From positions 1-14,522 of the forward strand of contig JBDKRC010000101.1 in NCBI GenBank assembly GCA_039683575.1: a stretch of 14,522 bases of DNA. Reading direction: 5' to 3'. Below the pieces are notes generated by a model, which saw only the letters and a list, made by a program, of their open reading frames with translations, was not told the DNA's origin and made no database searches. This document shows positions 1-8,361 of this stretch, piece by piece (within the stretch, counting starts at the first letter, position 1; each line of letters begins with the position of its first letter). A program made the position numbers and the translations under genes. This stretch comes from Armatimonadia bacterium (GTDB lineage Bacteria; Armatimonadota; Zipacnadia; Zipacnadales; UBA11051).

Positions 1-381
1 GGCGACATCGGCCAGATCGAGCGCATCGACACCGCCAGCAAGAGCCTCGTGGTGCAGTTTGACCTGGGCCCGGTCGTGTACCAGTTCTCCGAACTCGACG
101 AACTGGAACTCGCCTACGCCCTGACGGTCCACAAGTCCCAGGGCAGCGAGTATCCGGCGGTGGTCATGGTCATGCACAGCACGCACTACATCATGCTCAA
201 GCGCAATCTCTTCTACACGGCCCTGACCCGTGCCGAAAAGCTTGCGATAATCATCGGCGACCGCAAGGGCGTATGGAAGGCCGTCCGCACCGCCGACGAG
301 AATGAACGCTACACGCGCCTTGCAGAGCGCCTCCAGGGGCACTTGCCCCACGAGCCAATCCAGGAGCACCTGCCGCTGTAG
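1..381 (+). CDS. recD2: C-terminal part of ATP-dependent RecD-like (RecD2) SF1B DNA helicase, 5'-truncated by window edge
   Basis: Frame open from base 1 (GDIGQIERID...). Helicase motifs LAYALTVHKSQGSEY and RNLFYTALTRA, plus an R-x-T-x-L tail (ERYTRLAERL) typical of RecD2. Stop TAG at 379-381. Confidence 0.93.
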   Translation, partial: GDIGQIERIDTASKSLVVQFDLGPVVYQFSELDELELAYALTVHKSQGSEYPAVVMVMHSTHYIMLKRNLFYTALTRAEKLAIIIGDRKGVWKAVRTADENERYTRLAERLQGHLPHEPIQEHLPL

Positions 382-434
382 GCTTGCTGTTTCTCGCCGG
401 AAGCCGGCGCGACCTAAATGGGGGATGCGAATCT

Positions 435-1550
435 ATGAGAATTGTCATGCGCACAAAGGGAAACGGTGAGTGGCGGCCGATGAATTCGGTCGCCTTCGCG
501 ATGGAGACTGAGCTTCAGGAGCTGCTGGCAGAGTCGCCTTCACTGCTTCCATTGGCGGAGGAGGCCCCGGGGAGCGCGCCGCCGGTGGTCGCAGTGAGGG
601 AGTTCGGACTGCCGGGTTCGGGGCAGAGCGACATCATTGCCTTCAGCGCCGAAGGCGACATCACGATCATTGAGTGCAAACTGGCAACAAACGCTGAGGC
701 CAAGCGTAAAGTGATCGGGCAGGTGCTGGAGTACGCGGCGTTCCTCTGGCAGATGAGCTATGAGGATGTTGACCGTCAGGTCAGTCAGCGATTGGGCCAG
801 AGTCTCGCGGAAGCTGTGGCCAAGGCCGCTCCCGGCCCGGCTTGGGATGAGGAGACCTTCCGCCAAAACGTAAACAGCGCACTCTTGGAGGGCGCTTTCA
901 ATCTCGTGATTGCAGTTGACGGCATCAACGAGGAACTCGCCCGTATCATCGAGTACGTAAACTCGCGCGGCAGAGCAGGCTTTGCTCTGAGCGCGCTGGA
1001 GATGCGCCTATTCAGCACCGATCAGGTGGAGATACTGGTTCCACACCTTTACGGCGTCGATGTCCAGCAGGCGGAAGAAGTCTCGCGGGGACACAAGCGA
1101 TGGACTGAAGATGAGTTTCTGGAGGCACTCCGGCAAGGACTCGCTGAAAACACGGTTAAGACTATCGAGAGCCTGCTCGAATGGTCTCATCAGAATGCCG
1201 ATCGCGTCGTCCACGGCAACGGGAAGCAAACGGGTTCGGCCACCTTCCACTACCTCAGCAACGGAACTACAGTCTCTGTCTTCAGCCTCTTGACCGACGG
1301 CAAGCTGTGGATCAACTTCGGCTACCTATCTCAGGCCGTCCCGGATCACGTTGAACAATTTCGTCAGGCGCTCACGACGATAGACACCCTGAAGGACTTG
1401 CCGAAGGACCTCACCAAATTCCCTCTCCGCGACATCGCAACAATCTTCCCGCCAAACTCTGATGCGCTCCAACAGTTCAAAGATGCCGTCCTCCAACTAG
1501 GCCGTGCCGTCCATGCTGATGCCGCCGCTCCGGCGGTTTCCGAAACCTGA
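435..1550 (+). CDS. PD-(D/E)XK nuclease, NucS/DUF91-like N-terminal domain plus uncharacterised C-terminal domain
   Basis: Motifs ExELQ, REF, SDIIAF, IIECK and IGQVLEYAA match restriction-like NucS-type nucleases. ATG at 435 follows a G-rich run at about 420-424 and is preferred over the TTG at 384. Confidence 0.75.
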   Translation: MRIVMRTKGNGEWRPMNSVAFAMETELQELLAESPSLLPLAEEAPGSAPPVVAVREFGLPGSGQSDIIAFSAEGDITIIECKLATNAEAKRKVIGQVLEYAAFLWQMSYEDVDRQVSQRLGQSLAEAVAKAAPGPAWDEETFRQNVNSALLEGAFNLVIAVDGINEELARIIEYVNSRGRAGFALSALEMRLFSTDQVEILVPHLYGVDVQQAEEVSRGHKRWTEDEFLEALRQGLAENTVKTIESLLEWSHQNADRVVHGNGKQTGSATFHYLSNGTTVSVFSLLTDGKLWINFGYLSQAVPDHVEQFRQALTTIDTLKDLPKDLTKFPLRDIATIFPPNSDALQQFKDAVLQLGRAVHADAAAPAVSET

Positions 1551-1577
1551 ACCCTGATCCCTGAAACCTGGTACCTG
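1543..1577 (+). repeat. Five imperfect tandem heptamers (NNNCCTG)
   Basis: AAACCTG AACCCTG ATCCCTG AAACCTG GTACCTG read directly. Overlaps the nuclease stop codon and ends 4 nt before the next ATG. Confidence 0.8.
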
Positions 1578-1581
1578 CCTT

Positions 1582-2607
1582 ATGTGTGTCCTAGCTGCCT
1601 ATCTCGGCCCCGAACCTGCCGCTCCTATCCTCCTCGGCATGCTCGCCCGCATCGAGGGCCTCGGCGGAGGCTACTATACCGGCGTCGCAACCGTCTCTGA
1701 CGGGACGCTGCGCTATGAGAAGATCGTTGGCGACGTCGCCGCCCTGCGCACGCAGACGGGGGCCGAGAGCCTCCCCGGCAATATCGGCATCGCCCACAGC
1801 CGCACGCCCAGCGGCGGCGGCCGCGAGTGGGGCCATCCCTTCATCGGCAACGCGGGCAACTTCGCCTACGTCGCCAATGGCGCGATGGGGAAGTTTGACG
1901 GCGAGACTGACTTCACGGCCGCCGGCAACGAACTACTCGCGCATGACTATGAGTTCCGCTCCGCGGTGCCGGAGGCCGTTGGCAAGTACCCCATGCTGAG
2001 CGACAACAACTCGGTACACTTCAGCGAGATCATGTGCCTGCTGATCGAGGACGCGCTACAAAGACAGGGCGACTTGGTCGAGGCGGCTCATCTCGTGTTC
2101 GACGAGTGGCCCTCCGAGATCGTGGCGCTGTGCTTGCAGGCGGAGAGCGACGATCACTTTGTGGCCGCCCGCGTCAACCAGCCGCTCGTAATCGGGCGCA
2201 GCCATGAGGCGGTCTACGCCGCCACCACCAGCCTCGCCTTCCCCGCCGGGACGATCTGGCAGATGCCCATGCCGCCCAACACCGCGGCCGCCATCTCGCA
2301 TGAGAACGTGGACCTCTATCCCTTCAAGCCGACGGCCAAACCCGTCGCCGACTTCCCCGCGACGACCGATGTCATGAACACCCTCCTGCCCGCGCTATGG
2401 GAGGGCCCACAGAGTATCGGCGGGCTGTGCAAGCTGACCGAGACACTCTGGCCCGAGGGTTTTCTGGCGCAGTCGGCGATGCTGGTGTATCAATTCGTGG
2501 CGGGGCTGGTGAGCGCTGGGCAGGCCGAACTCGTGACCGAGACCGTGCCGGGGATGTTCGACCAGGGCACGGCGCCGCGGACGAAGGTGCTGTGGATTCA
2601 GCAGTAG
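1582..2607 (+). CDS. Standalone class II (Ntn) glutamine amidotransferase-like protein
   Basis: N-terminal M-C (Cys nucleophile position), GIAHSRTPS (compare GlmS GIGHTRWAT), HPF, ANG, and ARVNQPLVIG (compare AR..SPL.IG). No SIS or PRT domain follows. Confidence 0.8.
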   Translation: MCVLAAYLGPEPAAPILLGMLARIEGLGGGYYTGVATVSDGTLRYEKIVGDVAALRTQTGAESLPGNIGIAHSRTPSGGGREWGHPFIGNAGNFAYVANGAMGKFDGETDFTAAGNELLAHDYEFRSAVPEAVGKYPMLSDNNSVHFSEIMCLLIEDALQRQGDLVEAAHLVFDEWPSEIVALCLQAESDDHFVAARVNQPLVIGRSHEAVYAATTSLAFPAGTIWQMPMPPNTAAAISHENVDLYPFKPTAKPVADFPATTDVMNTLLPALWEGPQSIGGLCKLTETLWPEGFLAQSAMLVYQFVAGLVSAGQAELVTETVPGMFDQGTAPRTKVLWIQQ

Positions 2608-2631
2608 ACAACCTTGCGGCAGGTGAAGATC

Positions 2632-4071
2632 ATGCAGCGTCTCGCTCTTTTGATCGTGTCCAGCCTGATCGTCGGAGGCCTCGCCATGGCACAGGAAGCG
2701 CCCTTCATCGCCCCGCCGCTCCCCCAGAACCTTGACCAGATCGGCAAGAACATCCAGCGCACCATGACGCTGCTGGCCTCCAGTACGCCCGAGAAGCGTA
2801 ACAAGGTGCGGATACTGTTCTACGGGCAGTCCGTCACCGCCGGCCCGTGGACCTATGCCCTCGCCGAAGACATAAAGAAAGCCTACCCCAACGCCGACCT
2901 CCTGATTGAGAACCGCGCCATCGGCGGCTATGAGGCCCCCTCCCTCATCCAGACGGCCGACTATGACCTCTACCCCTTCTATCCGGACTTGCTCATCTTT
3001 CACGTCTGGGGCGGAGTGAAGACTGGCGAGCAGGAAGAGATCATCCGCCGCGTCCGCCAGCGCACCACCGCCGAGATCCTGATCTGGACCACGCACTTCC
3101 GCTGGCCCAAGGACGCGGCGCGCGACGCTTCGTGGGACGACCCCGCCGTGCAGGCCATCACCGCCTCCGACGAAGAGCGCGTGGCGCTGTACCGCTCCAT
3201 TGCACCCAAGTACGGCATCGAGATCGCCGAGGTTCGCGAGGCGCTGCGGCAGTATCTCAAGGACAACAACCTCTATCCCAAGGACACCCTCGCCGACAGC
3301 GTCCACCCCAACAAGCTCGGCAACTTCCTGCTGCAGTCCCTCGTGCGGCCCTACCTGCGCTATGACCCCAAGTTCTCGCAGGACCCGTGGAAGGACCTCG
3401 TCAAGGAGATTCCCGCCACCGACCCGCGCGTTGAGCGCAAGGCCGACGGGAGCCTCAAGCTCACCTTCGAGGGCAACCGCATCGACCTCATCGCCGCCCA
3501 TGCCGAGGGCCCTCGCGGGACCGCACGGGTGCTCATCGATGGCAAGGCTCCGTCGCAGTTCCCCGAACTCTACTACCACTGCCGCCCCACCGCCGCCCCG
3601 CACGTGTGGTGGCCGGCGGTCAACAAGATCGGCTTTGAGAAGACCCCGCTGCTGGAGAAGTGGACGCTCAAGATCACCGAATGCGACCCCGAGAAGAACA
3701 TCCTCAAGTACACGGTCAGCGGCTCGATCACCGGCCCTGACGGCGAGGGTGACCAGACCCAGCGCTTCGTGTCCAACTCCGGCCGCGTGGTCATCGAACC
3801 GGGCAAGTTCGGGGTCTGCGGCGCGCTCAAATACAAGAAGCTGCCGCTCCCCGACGACTACCTCGTCACCTGGGAGACCAAGCCGCTATTCGTGGACACC
3901 TACCAGGCTCCCGAGACGCCCGACAAGTCCCGCGAATACCCGACCACACTGGCGCAGGGCCTCAGCAACGGGACGCACACCGTCGAGATCATACCCAACG
4001 GCGACGGCCCGGTGCCGGTAGCCGCCTTCCGCGCCTACCGCCCGCCGCTGGCGGTGGACGCACCGAAATAG
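2632..4071 (+). CDS. Secreted SGNH/GDSL-family hydrolase with C-terminal beta-rich region
   Basis: Signal peptide MQRLALLIVSSLIVGGLAMA-Q. Block I FYGQSVT, block II NRAIGG, block V DSVHPN. ATG at 2632 follows AGGTGA at 2621-2626. Confidence 0.8.
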   Translation: MQRLALLIVSSLIVGGLAMAQEAPFIAPPLPQNLDQIGKNIQRTMTLLASSTPEKRNKVRILFYGQSVTAGPWTYALAEDIKKAYPNADLLIENRAIGGYEAPSLIQTADYDLYPFYPDLLIFHVWGGVKTGEQEEIIRRVRQRTTAEILIWTTHFRWPKDAARDASWDDPAVQAITASDEERVALYRSIAPKYGIEIAEVREALRQYLKDNNLYPKDTLADSVHPNKLGNFLLQSLVRPYLRYDPKFSQDPWKDLVKEIPATDPRVERKADGSLKLTFEGNRIDLIAAHAEGPRGTARVLIDGKAPSQFPELYYHCRPTAAPHVWWPAVNKIGFEKTPLLEKWTLKITECDPEKNILKYTVSGSITGPDGEGDQTQRFVSNSGRVVIEPGKFGVCGALKYKKLPLPDDYLVTWETKPLFVDTYQAPETPDKSREYPTTLAQGLSNGTHTVEIIPNGDGPVPVAAFRAYRPPLAVDAPK

Positions 4072-4083
4072 CCTGTAAATCGC

Positions 4084-4105
4084 GTAGCGCGGGCGTCTCG
4101 CCCGC
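4084..4105 (+). repeat. REP-like palindrome, family 1 (GTAG-N-GCGGGCG-TCT-CGCCCGC)
   Basis: GTAG tetranucleotide followed by a 7-bp stem. Near-identical copies at 7282-7303 and 14256-14277. Confidence 0.85.
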
Positions 4106-4120
4106 ATCTGGAGACGAACC

Positions 4121-5014
4121 ATGCCCGACAAGCCCCTGATCCGCAAGCTCGGCACCCTGGAATGCGACCTCGTCGAGGCCACTCCCGTGGTCTTCCACGA
4201 CAAGCTCTACCGCTTTGAGTACGTCCGCCAGCAGTACCGCCCCAACCAGACCGGCGACTCCTACTTCCGCTTTGTTGACGTCGCGGCTGGCACGCCCACC
4301 GCTGCCTTCGCGCCTGGCTACCACCTCGGCAGCGCCTATGCCGAGGGTGACACCATCTGGGCCTTTGGCGTGAACATCTGGGACGGCGAGGAAATCCGCG
4401 TCTTTTGGTCCCATGACCTCGAGACGTGGGACTCCCAGACCGCCTTGCACCTCCCCGGCTGGGGTCTCTTCAACACCAGCGTCTGCAAGGGGCCCGATGG
4501 CTACGTCATGGCCTTCGAGGTGGGTAAGGCGCCCTTCGACATCGGCAGGCCCTTCACCAACTACTTCGCCACCTCCCTGGACCTCAGACAGTGGCAGGTC
4601 CTCCCGCCGGAGGAGTATGTCTTCGCCAAAGACCGCTACACTGCGTGCCCGACGATTCGCTACCTCAGCGACGGCCAGTACTACATGCTCTACCTCGAGA
4701 CCCTCCCGGGGCCCGAGTACGTGATGTACATGGCTCGCACGCCGGACCTGAAGACCTGGGAACTGAGCCCCAAGAACCCGGTGCTGGCGCACTCCGCCGG
4801 TGACAAGCTCATCGCCAACCGCAACCTGTGCTGCGCCGACCTCAAGCACATCGAAGCCGCCCAGAACCGCAACAACTCGGACATGGACCTATGCGAGTTC
4901 GAGGGCCGCACCATCATCTACTACGCGTGGGGGAACCAGGTAGGGACGGAGTTTCTCGCCGAAGCCGTCTATGACGGGCCGCTGGACGAGTTCATGAGGG
5001 GGTTCTTCGACTAA
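4121..5014 (+). CDS. Cytoplasmic glycosidase-like protein, probable five-bladed beta-propeller (GH43/GH32/GH130-like fold)
   Basis: Repeated S/T-x-DL-x-x-W blade motifs (SHDLETW, SLDLRQW, TPDLKTW) and NPVL. Aromatic-rich strands, no signal peptide, strong GC3 bias. Confidence 0.6.
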   Translation: MPDKPLIRKLGTLECDLVEATPVVFHDKLYRFEYVRQQYRPNQTGDSYFRFVDVAAGTPTAAFAPGYHLGSAYAEGDTIWAFGVNIWDGEEIRVFWSHDLETWDSQTALHLPGWGLFNTSVCKGPDGYVMAFEVGKAPFDIGRPFTNYFATSLDLRQWQVLPPEEYVFAKDRYTACPTIRYLSDGQYYMLYLETLPGPEYVMYMARTPDLKTWELSPKNPVLAHSAGDKLIANRNLCCADLKHIEAAQNRNNSDMDLCEFEGRTIIYYAWGNQVGTEFLAEAVYDGPLDEFMRGFFD

Positions 5015-5025
5015 GGAAGGCTACG

Positions 5026-7188
5026 ATGAAGCTATGGCTACTGGCACTCTCTGTCGTCGCAGTCTCGGCCGCCTGCGCCGCTCCCGTCGCCTTCTGGGCC
5101 TCAAGCCCGGTCGGCCCGGATGAAACCGTACTCCTGATGGGCGGCAACTGGGGCGACGCCCCCGTGGTTGAGTTAGCGCCGCTCTCGGGCCCTCTGGCTG
5201 TCCCGGCGGTGTTCACCCAGCCCCCGACCCTCGGGCAGTGGAAGCAGTTCAAACCCCTACAGATCACGCCTAACGCCCTGAAGTTCATCTGGCCCATCGA
5301 GCACGCTGCCCCTGGCGTCTACGCCTGCCGCGTCCGCTCCGGCGCCCAAGTCTCTCCCCAGATCCTCCTGAACGCCCCTGACCCATGGTGGCTGCAGGGT
5401 GACGAGGGCGGGGCAGCCACTCCCAGCGGATGGGTGCGGGTGTTCGGCCGGTGTGTGAGCATGTCCGCAAAGGCGGTCCTCGCACTGCGCGATGCCGCCG
5501 GCAAGCTCACCCCACTGGCCGACCTGAAGGGCGATCAATGGAACCTGCGTGCGCGGCTACCAGCCAGTCTCCCTGCCGGAGAATATGAAGTCCTCCTGAG
5601 CAGCGGCTGGGGCACCGCCACCGCCGGCAAGCTCACCGTCATCCCGCCGGTCAAGTGGAAGACCGACGTCTTCAACCTCGCCGACTTCGGCACCGACCCC
5701 ACCACGGCCATGCAGGCCGCTCTCGCCAAAGCCGCGGAAGATGGTGGCGGGGTGGTCTACATCCCCCGTGGCCGCTACCAGATCAAGGAATCTCTGACCA
5801 TCCCGCCCGGCACGACCCTGCGCGGCGAAGGAATGGCACTCGTTTCCCTGTACTGGCCTGATTTCGAGACCCCCCCTGACGCGCTGATTGTCGCCAACGA
5901 CTGCGCGATCGAGAATCTCACCCTTTATTGCCAGAATCACCGCGTGGTGATTCGTAACGATCCGGAATCCGAGCGCCTCCGCGTGAACAAGGTCCGCATT
6001 CGCGCCAACGCCTTCTTCATGTTCGGGGAACCCGGCGCGCCCTTCCGCGGCAAAAACCCGCCCCCGAAGATGATGGACGGCCATGTCTTCCGCCTTTCCG
6101 GCCGAAACTACCAGATAACGGACTGCGACCTCTGGGGCTCCGGCGCGGTCTTCAGCATCGACCCCCACCGCTTCACCGGCACCAAGGGCCCCTGGCACGG
6201 CGTGATCAGCGGCAACACCGTCGCCTACGGCTCGACCTCGCATGTCTTCGAGAACCTCGATGGCCTCGTCTACGAGCATAACGACGTGCGCGGACGCGGC
6301 ACCAGCGCGGGCGGCAATGGCATCAACACCTTCTGGAACAACTTCTCCCGCAACCTCTACTACGCCAACAACGTGATCCACGACATGTATGGTCTCGACC
6401 GCGAGATGATGACCCTCGACGCCGGGGGCGGGGCGTATTTCGGCAAAATCGCCGCTGTTGACGGCAACAAGCTCACCCTCGCCGCCGATCCTACCTACAA
6501 GGACTACGCGCCCACTCCGCACACCGACTGGAGCGGGGCGGCGTTCATGATCCTCGACGGCACCGGCGCCGGGCAATACCGCCTTGTCACCAGGAACGAA
6601 GGCCGTCAGTGGGAGGTAGACAAGCCGTTCGACCTCCCGCCTGACGCGAATTCGCTCATCTCCATCGCTCCCCATCGTGGGCGGCACCTCTTCGTTAACA
6701 ATCGCTTCGAAGACGGCGGCGCGTTCCAACTTTACGGTGCGGCGCTTGACACCATCGTTGCCGGAAACAAGGGCGCCCGCATGGACGGTTTCTTCGCCTG
6801 GGGGCTCAATCCCCATGACTGGGGCTGGCAACCGTGCTTCAACTGCCAGTTCCTCGACAATGAGATCACAGAGGGCAATGGCTACAGCTACCGCAGCGCC
6901 TTCCTGGGGGCAGTGACCGGCAACAACAACGAGCTCTACCCCGGTCCCCTCGCCCGCGCCATAATCCTTCGCCGCAACGTGCTGCAAAGCAACGCCCGCC
7001 TCCGCTTCGGCGGCACGATCAGCGATGCCCTCGCCGAGAACTGTGTCGTGAAGAACAACGAGATCGGCGTAGACATCCGCGCCGCGGCCAACGGGGTGCT
7101 TTTCCGCAACAACAAGTTCGAGAATGTCACGACGCCGTATTCAGGTGATGGTGTCGAGAAGGCCATGATCATTCCGGCGCCGAAGTAG
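5026..7188 (+). CDS. Secreted right-handed beta-helix protein (pectate lyase 3 / GH28-like superfamily) with N-terminal Ig-like regions
   Basis: SD AAGGAAGG and a signal peptide. TAMQAALAKAAEDGGGVVYIPRGRYQI...TLRGEG is the typical beta-helix N-terminal motif, followed by Asn-rich PbH1-like coils. Confidence 0.8.
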   Translation: MKLWLLALSVVAVSAACAAPVAFWASSPVGPDETVLLMGGNWGDAPVVELAPLSGPLAVPAVFTQPPTLGQWKQFKPLQITPNALKFIWPIEHAAPGVYACRVRSGAQVSPQILLNAPDPWWLQGDEGGAATPSGWVRVFGRCVSMSAKAVLALRDAAGKLTPLADLKGDQWNLRARLPASLPAGEYEVLLSSGWGTATAGKLTVIPPVKWKTDVFNLADFGTDPTTAMQAALAKAAEDGGGVVYIPRGRYQIKESLTIPPGTTLRGEGMALVSLYWPDFETPPDALIVANDCAIENLTLYCQNHRVVIRNDPESERLRVNKVRIRANAFFMFGEPGAPFRGKNPPPKMMDGHVFRLSGRNYQITDCDLWGSGAVFSIDPHRFTGTKGPWHGVISGNTVAYGSTSHVFENLDGLVYEHNDVRGRGTSAGGNGINTFWNNFSRNLYYANNVIHDMYGLDREMMTLDAGGGAYFGKIAAVDGNKLTLAADPTYKDYAPTPHTDWSGAAFMILDGTGAGQYRLVTRNEGRQWEVDKPFDLPPDANSLISIAPHRGRHLFVNNRFEDGGAFQLYGAALDTIVAGNKGARMDGFFAWGLNPHDWGWQPCFNCQFLDNEITEGNGYSYRSAFLGAVTGNNNELYPGPLARAIILRRNVLQSNARLRFGGTISDALAENCVVKNNEIGVDIRAAANGVLFRNNKFENVTTPYSGDGVEKAMIIPAPK

Positions 7189-7216
7189 CGCCCGTTGCGC
7201 GTGGGGACGAAATTCC

Positions 7217-7303
7217 GTGGCGGACATCTCGCCCACTCATATCTTCGCAGGACGGGCATCTCGCCCGTCTCCCAACCTCGCGTAGTGCGGGCGTCCCGCC
7301 CGC
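7217..7303 (+). repeat. Cluster of REP-like palindromes (family 1 and degenerate variants)
   Basis: GTAGTGCGGGCGTCCCGCCCGC (7282-7303), GCAGGACGGGCATCTCGCCCGTC (7247-7269) and degenerate GTGGCGGACATCTCGCCCAC (7217-7236). Confidence 0.8.
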
Positions 7304-7322
7304 TCTCGCCCAGGAGCTTCAG

Positions 7323-8192
7323 ATGAGACCCGAAACCGGAGACAAGACCATCAACGTAACCGTAGACGACGTCGCCGCCGGAGTGCGCTCCGTGGGCATC
7401 GGCCCCGGCGACCTCGTGATGTTCCATAGCTCGCTTTCCAGCCTCGGCCACGTCGTTGGCGGCCCCAACACGGTCATCGACGGCTTCCTGAAGGCCGTCG
7501 CCCCCGATGGCACCGTCGCTGTGCCGACGCTATGGTGGAATGGCACCCAGGACCTCAAGGACTGGGACTATGACAACTCCCCGTCGTATCCGGGCATCAT
7601 CACCGAGACCTTCCGCCAGCGGCCGGACAGCATCCGCAGCAACAATCCCACCCACTCCGTCTCGGCCATAGGCCCCCGCGCCGCCGAACTCACCGCCGAT
7701 CACGGCAAGTGGGGCCTGCGCCCCTGCATGTACGGCGATGGTGCCTTCGCCGAGGCGAGCCCGTGGGAGCGGTTCTACCTCTGGGATGCGCACTACTGCT
7801 TCCTCGGTGTTGACTTCACGGTCAACACCATGGGCCACTACTGCCAGTGCCGCCTGATCGAGTGGGCCCTCGAGCAGGCCCCGCCGGAAAAGCACGACGA
7901 CCTGCTCTCGCGCATCTCACGCTGGCAGAGCATCGTGGACTACTACGAAGCCAGCCGCGAGAATCCCCCGCGCACGCTCCAGTTCGTGTGGCCGAGCTTC
8001 AGCTTCAAAGACATGGGCGAGCACCTCGCCAGCCTGGGTCTCGTCCGTTTCGGCAAGATCGGCTCGGCCACGATCCGCGCCATCTCCGCGCACAAGATGG
8101 TGGACACCATCATGGCCACCATCATCGCCGAACCGGACAAGTGGCTGGTGGAGCACTTCCGCCCCTGGTGGCACGAAGCCGTCGGCAACTAA
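7323..8192 (+). CDS. AAC(3)/YokD-family (Antibiotic_NAT) N-acetyltransferase-like protein
   Basis: GDLVMFHSSLSSLGHVVGG, GTVAVPT, GIITETFR, RS..PTHSVSAIG, SPW, LGV...NT..H and GKIGSAT. SD AGGAG upstream. Confidence 0.88.
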   Translation: MRPETGDKTINVTVDDVAAGVRSVGIGPGDLVMFHSSLSSLGHVVGGPNTVIDGFLKAVAPDGTVAVPTLWWNGTQDLKDWDYDNSPSYPGIITETFRQRPDSIRSNNPTHSVSAIGPRAAELTADHGKWGLRPCMYGDGAFAEASPWERFYLWDAHYCFLGVDFTVNTMGHYCQCRLIEWALEQAPPEKHDDLLSRISRWQSIVDYYEASRENPPRTLQFVWPSFSFKDMGEHLASLGLVRFGKIGSATIRAISAHKMVDTIMATIIAEPDKWLVEHFRPWWHEAVGN

Positions 8193-8239
8193 GGCCACGC
8201 GGTAGGCCCCGACCTCAACGCGTGGAACCTATGAATGTA

Positions 8240-8316
8240 CGCGTGGCAGGCACACTCCGTGTGCCGGAACCTGTGATCGCAACTGGATCCGGCACACGGA
8301 GTGTGCCTGCCACGCG
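8240..8316. repeat. REPIN-like inverted doublet, family 2: perfect 29-bp inverted repeat with 19-nt spacer
   Basis: CGCGTGGCAGGCACACTCCGTGTGCCGGA (8240-8268) and its exact reverse complement (8288-8316). Each arm has GTGG followed by an internal hairpin GGCACAC-TCC-GTGTGCC. Confidence 0.9.
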
Positions 8317-8361
8317 ACCAGATGCCTCTGTACCGACTCCCCAGGAAGAGAGCGACCATCC

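Noticed and set aside
384-434. TTG start at 384 for the nuclease gene
   Set aside because: No SD and an unconvincing N-terminal extension. The ATG at 435 has a G-rich upstream run.
1582-2607. glmS or purF
   Set aside because: Too short, and lacks SIS or phosphoribosyltransferase domains.
2395-3603. 402-aa minus-strand ORF
   Set aside because: Antisense shadow of the amidotransferase and SGNH genes, expected with high GC3 and lacking recognisable motifs.
5557-6987. 476-aa minus-strand ORF
   Set aside because: Lies entirely opposite the beta-helix gene, with V/G/E-rich composition typical of antisense frames.
7189-7322. CRISPR mini-array
   Set aside because: Repeats are degenerate with very short spacing, match the dispersed REP-like family, and no cas genes are present.
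7323-8192. Bona fide aac(3) resistance gene
   Set aside because: Family-level similarity only, atypical HxxQ motif, host-like codon usage and no mobile context.
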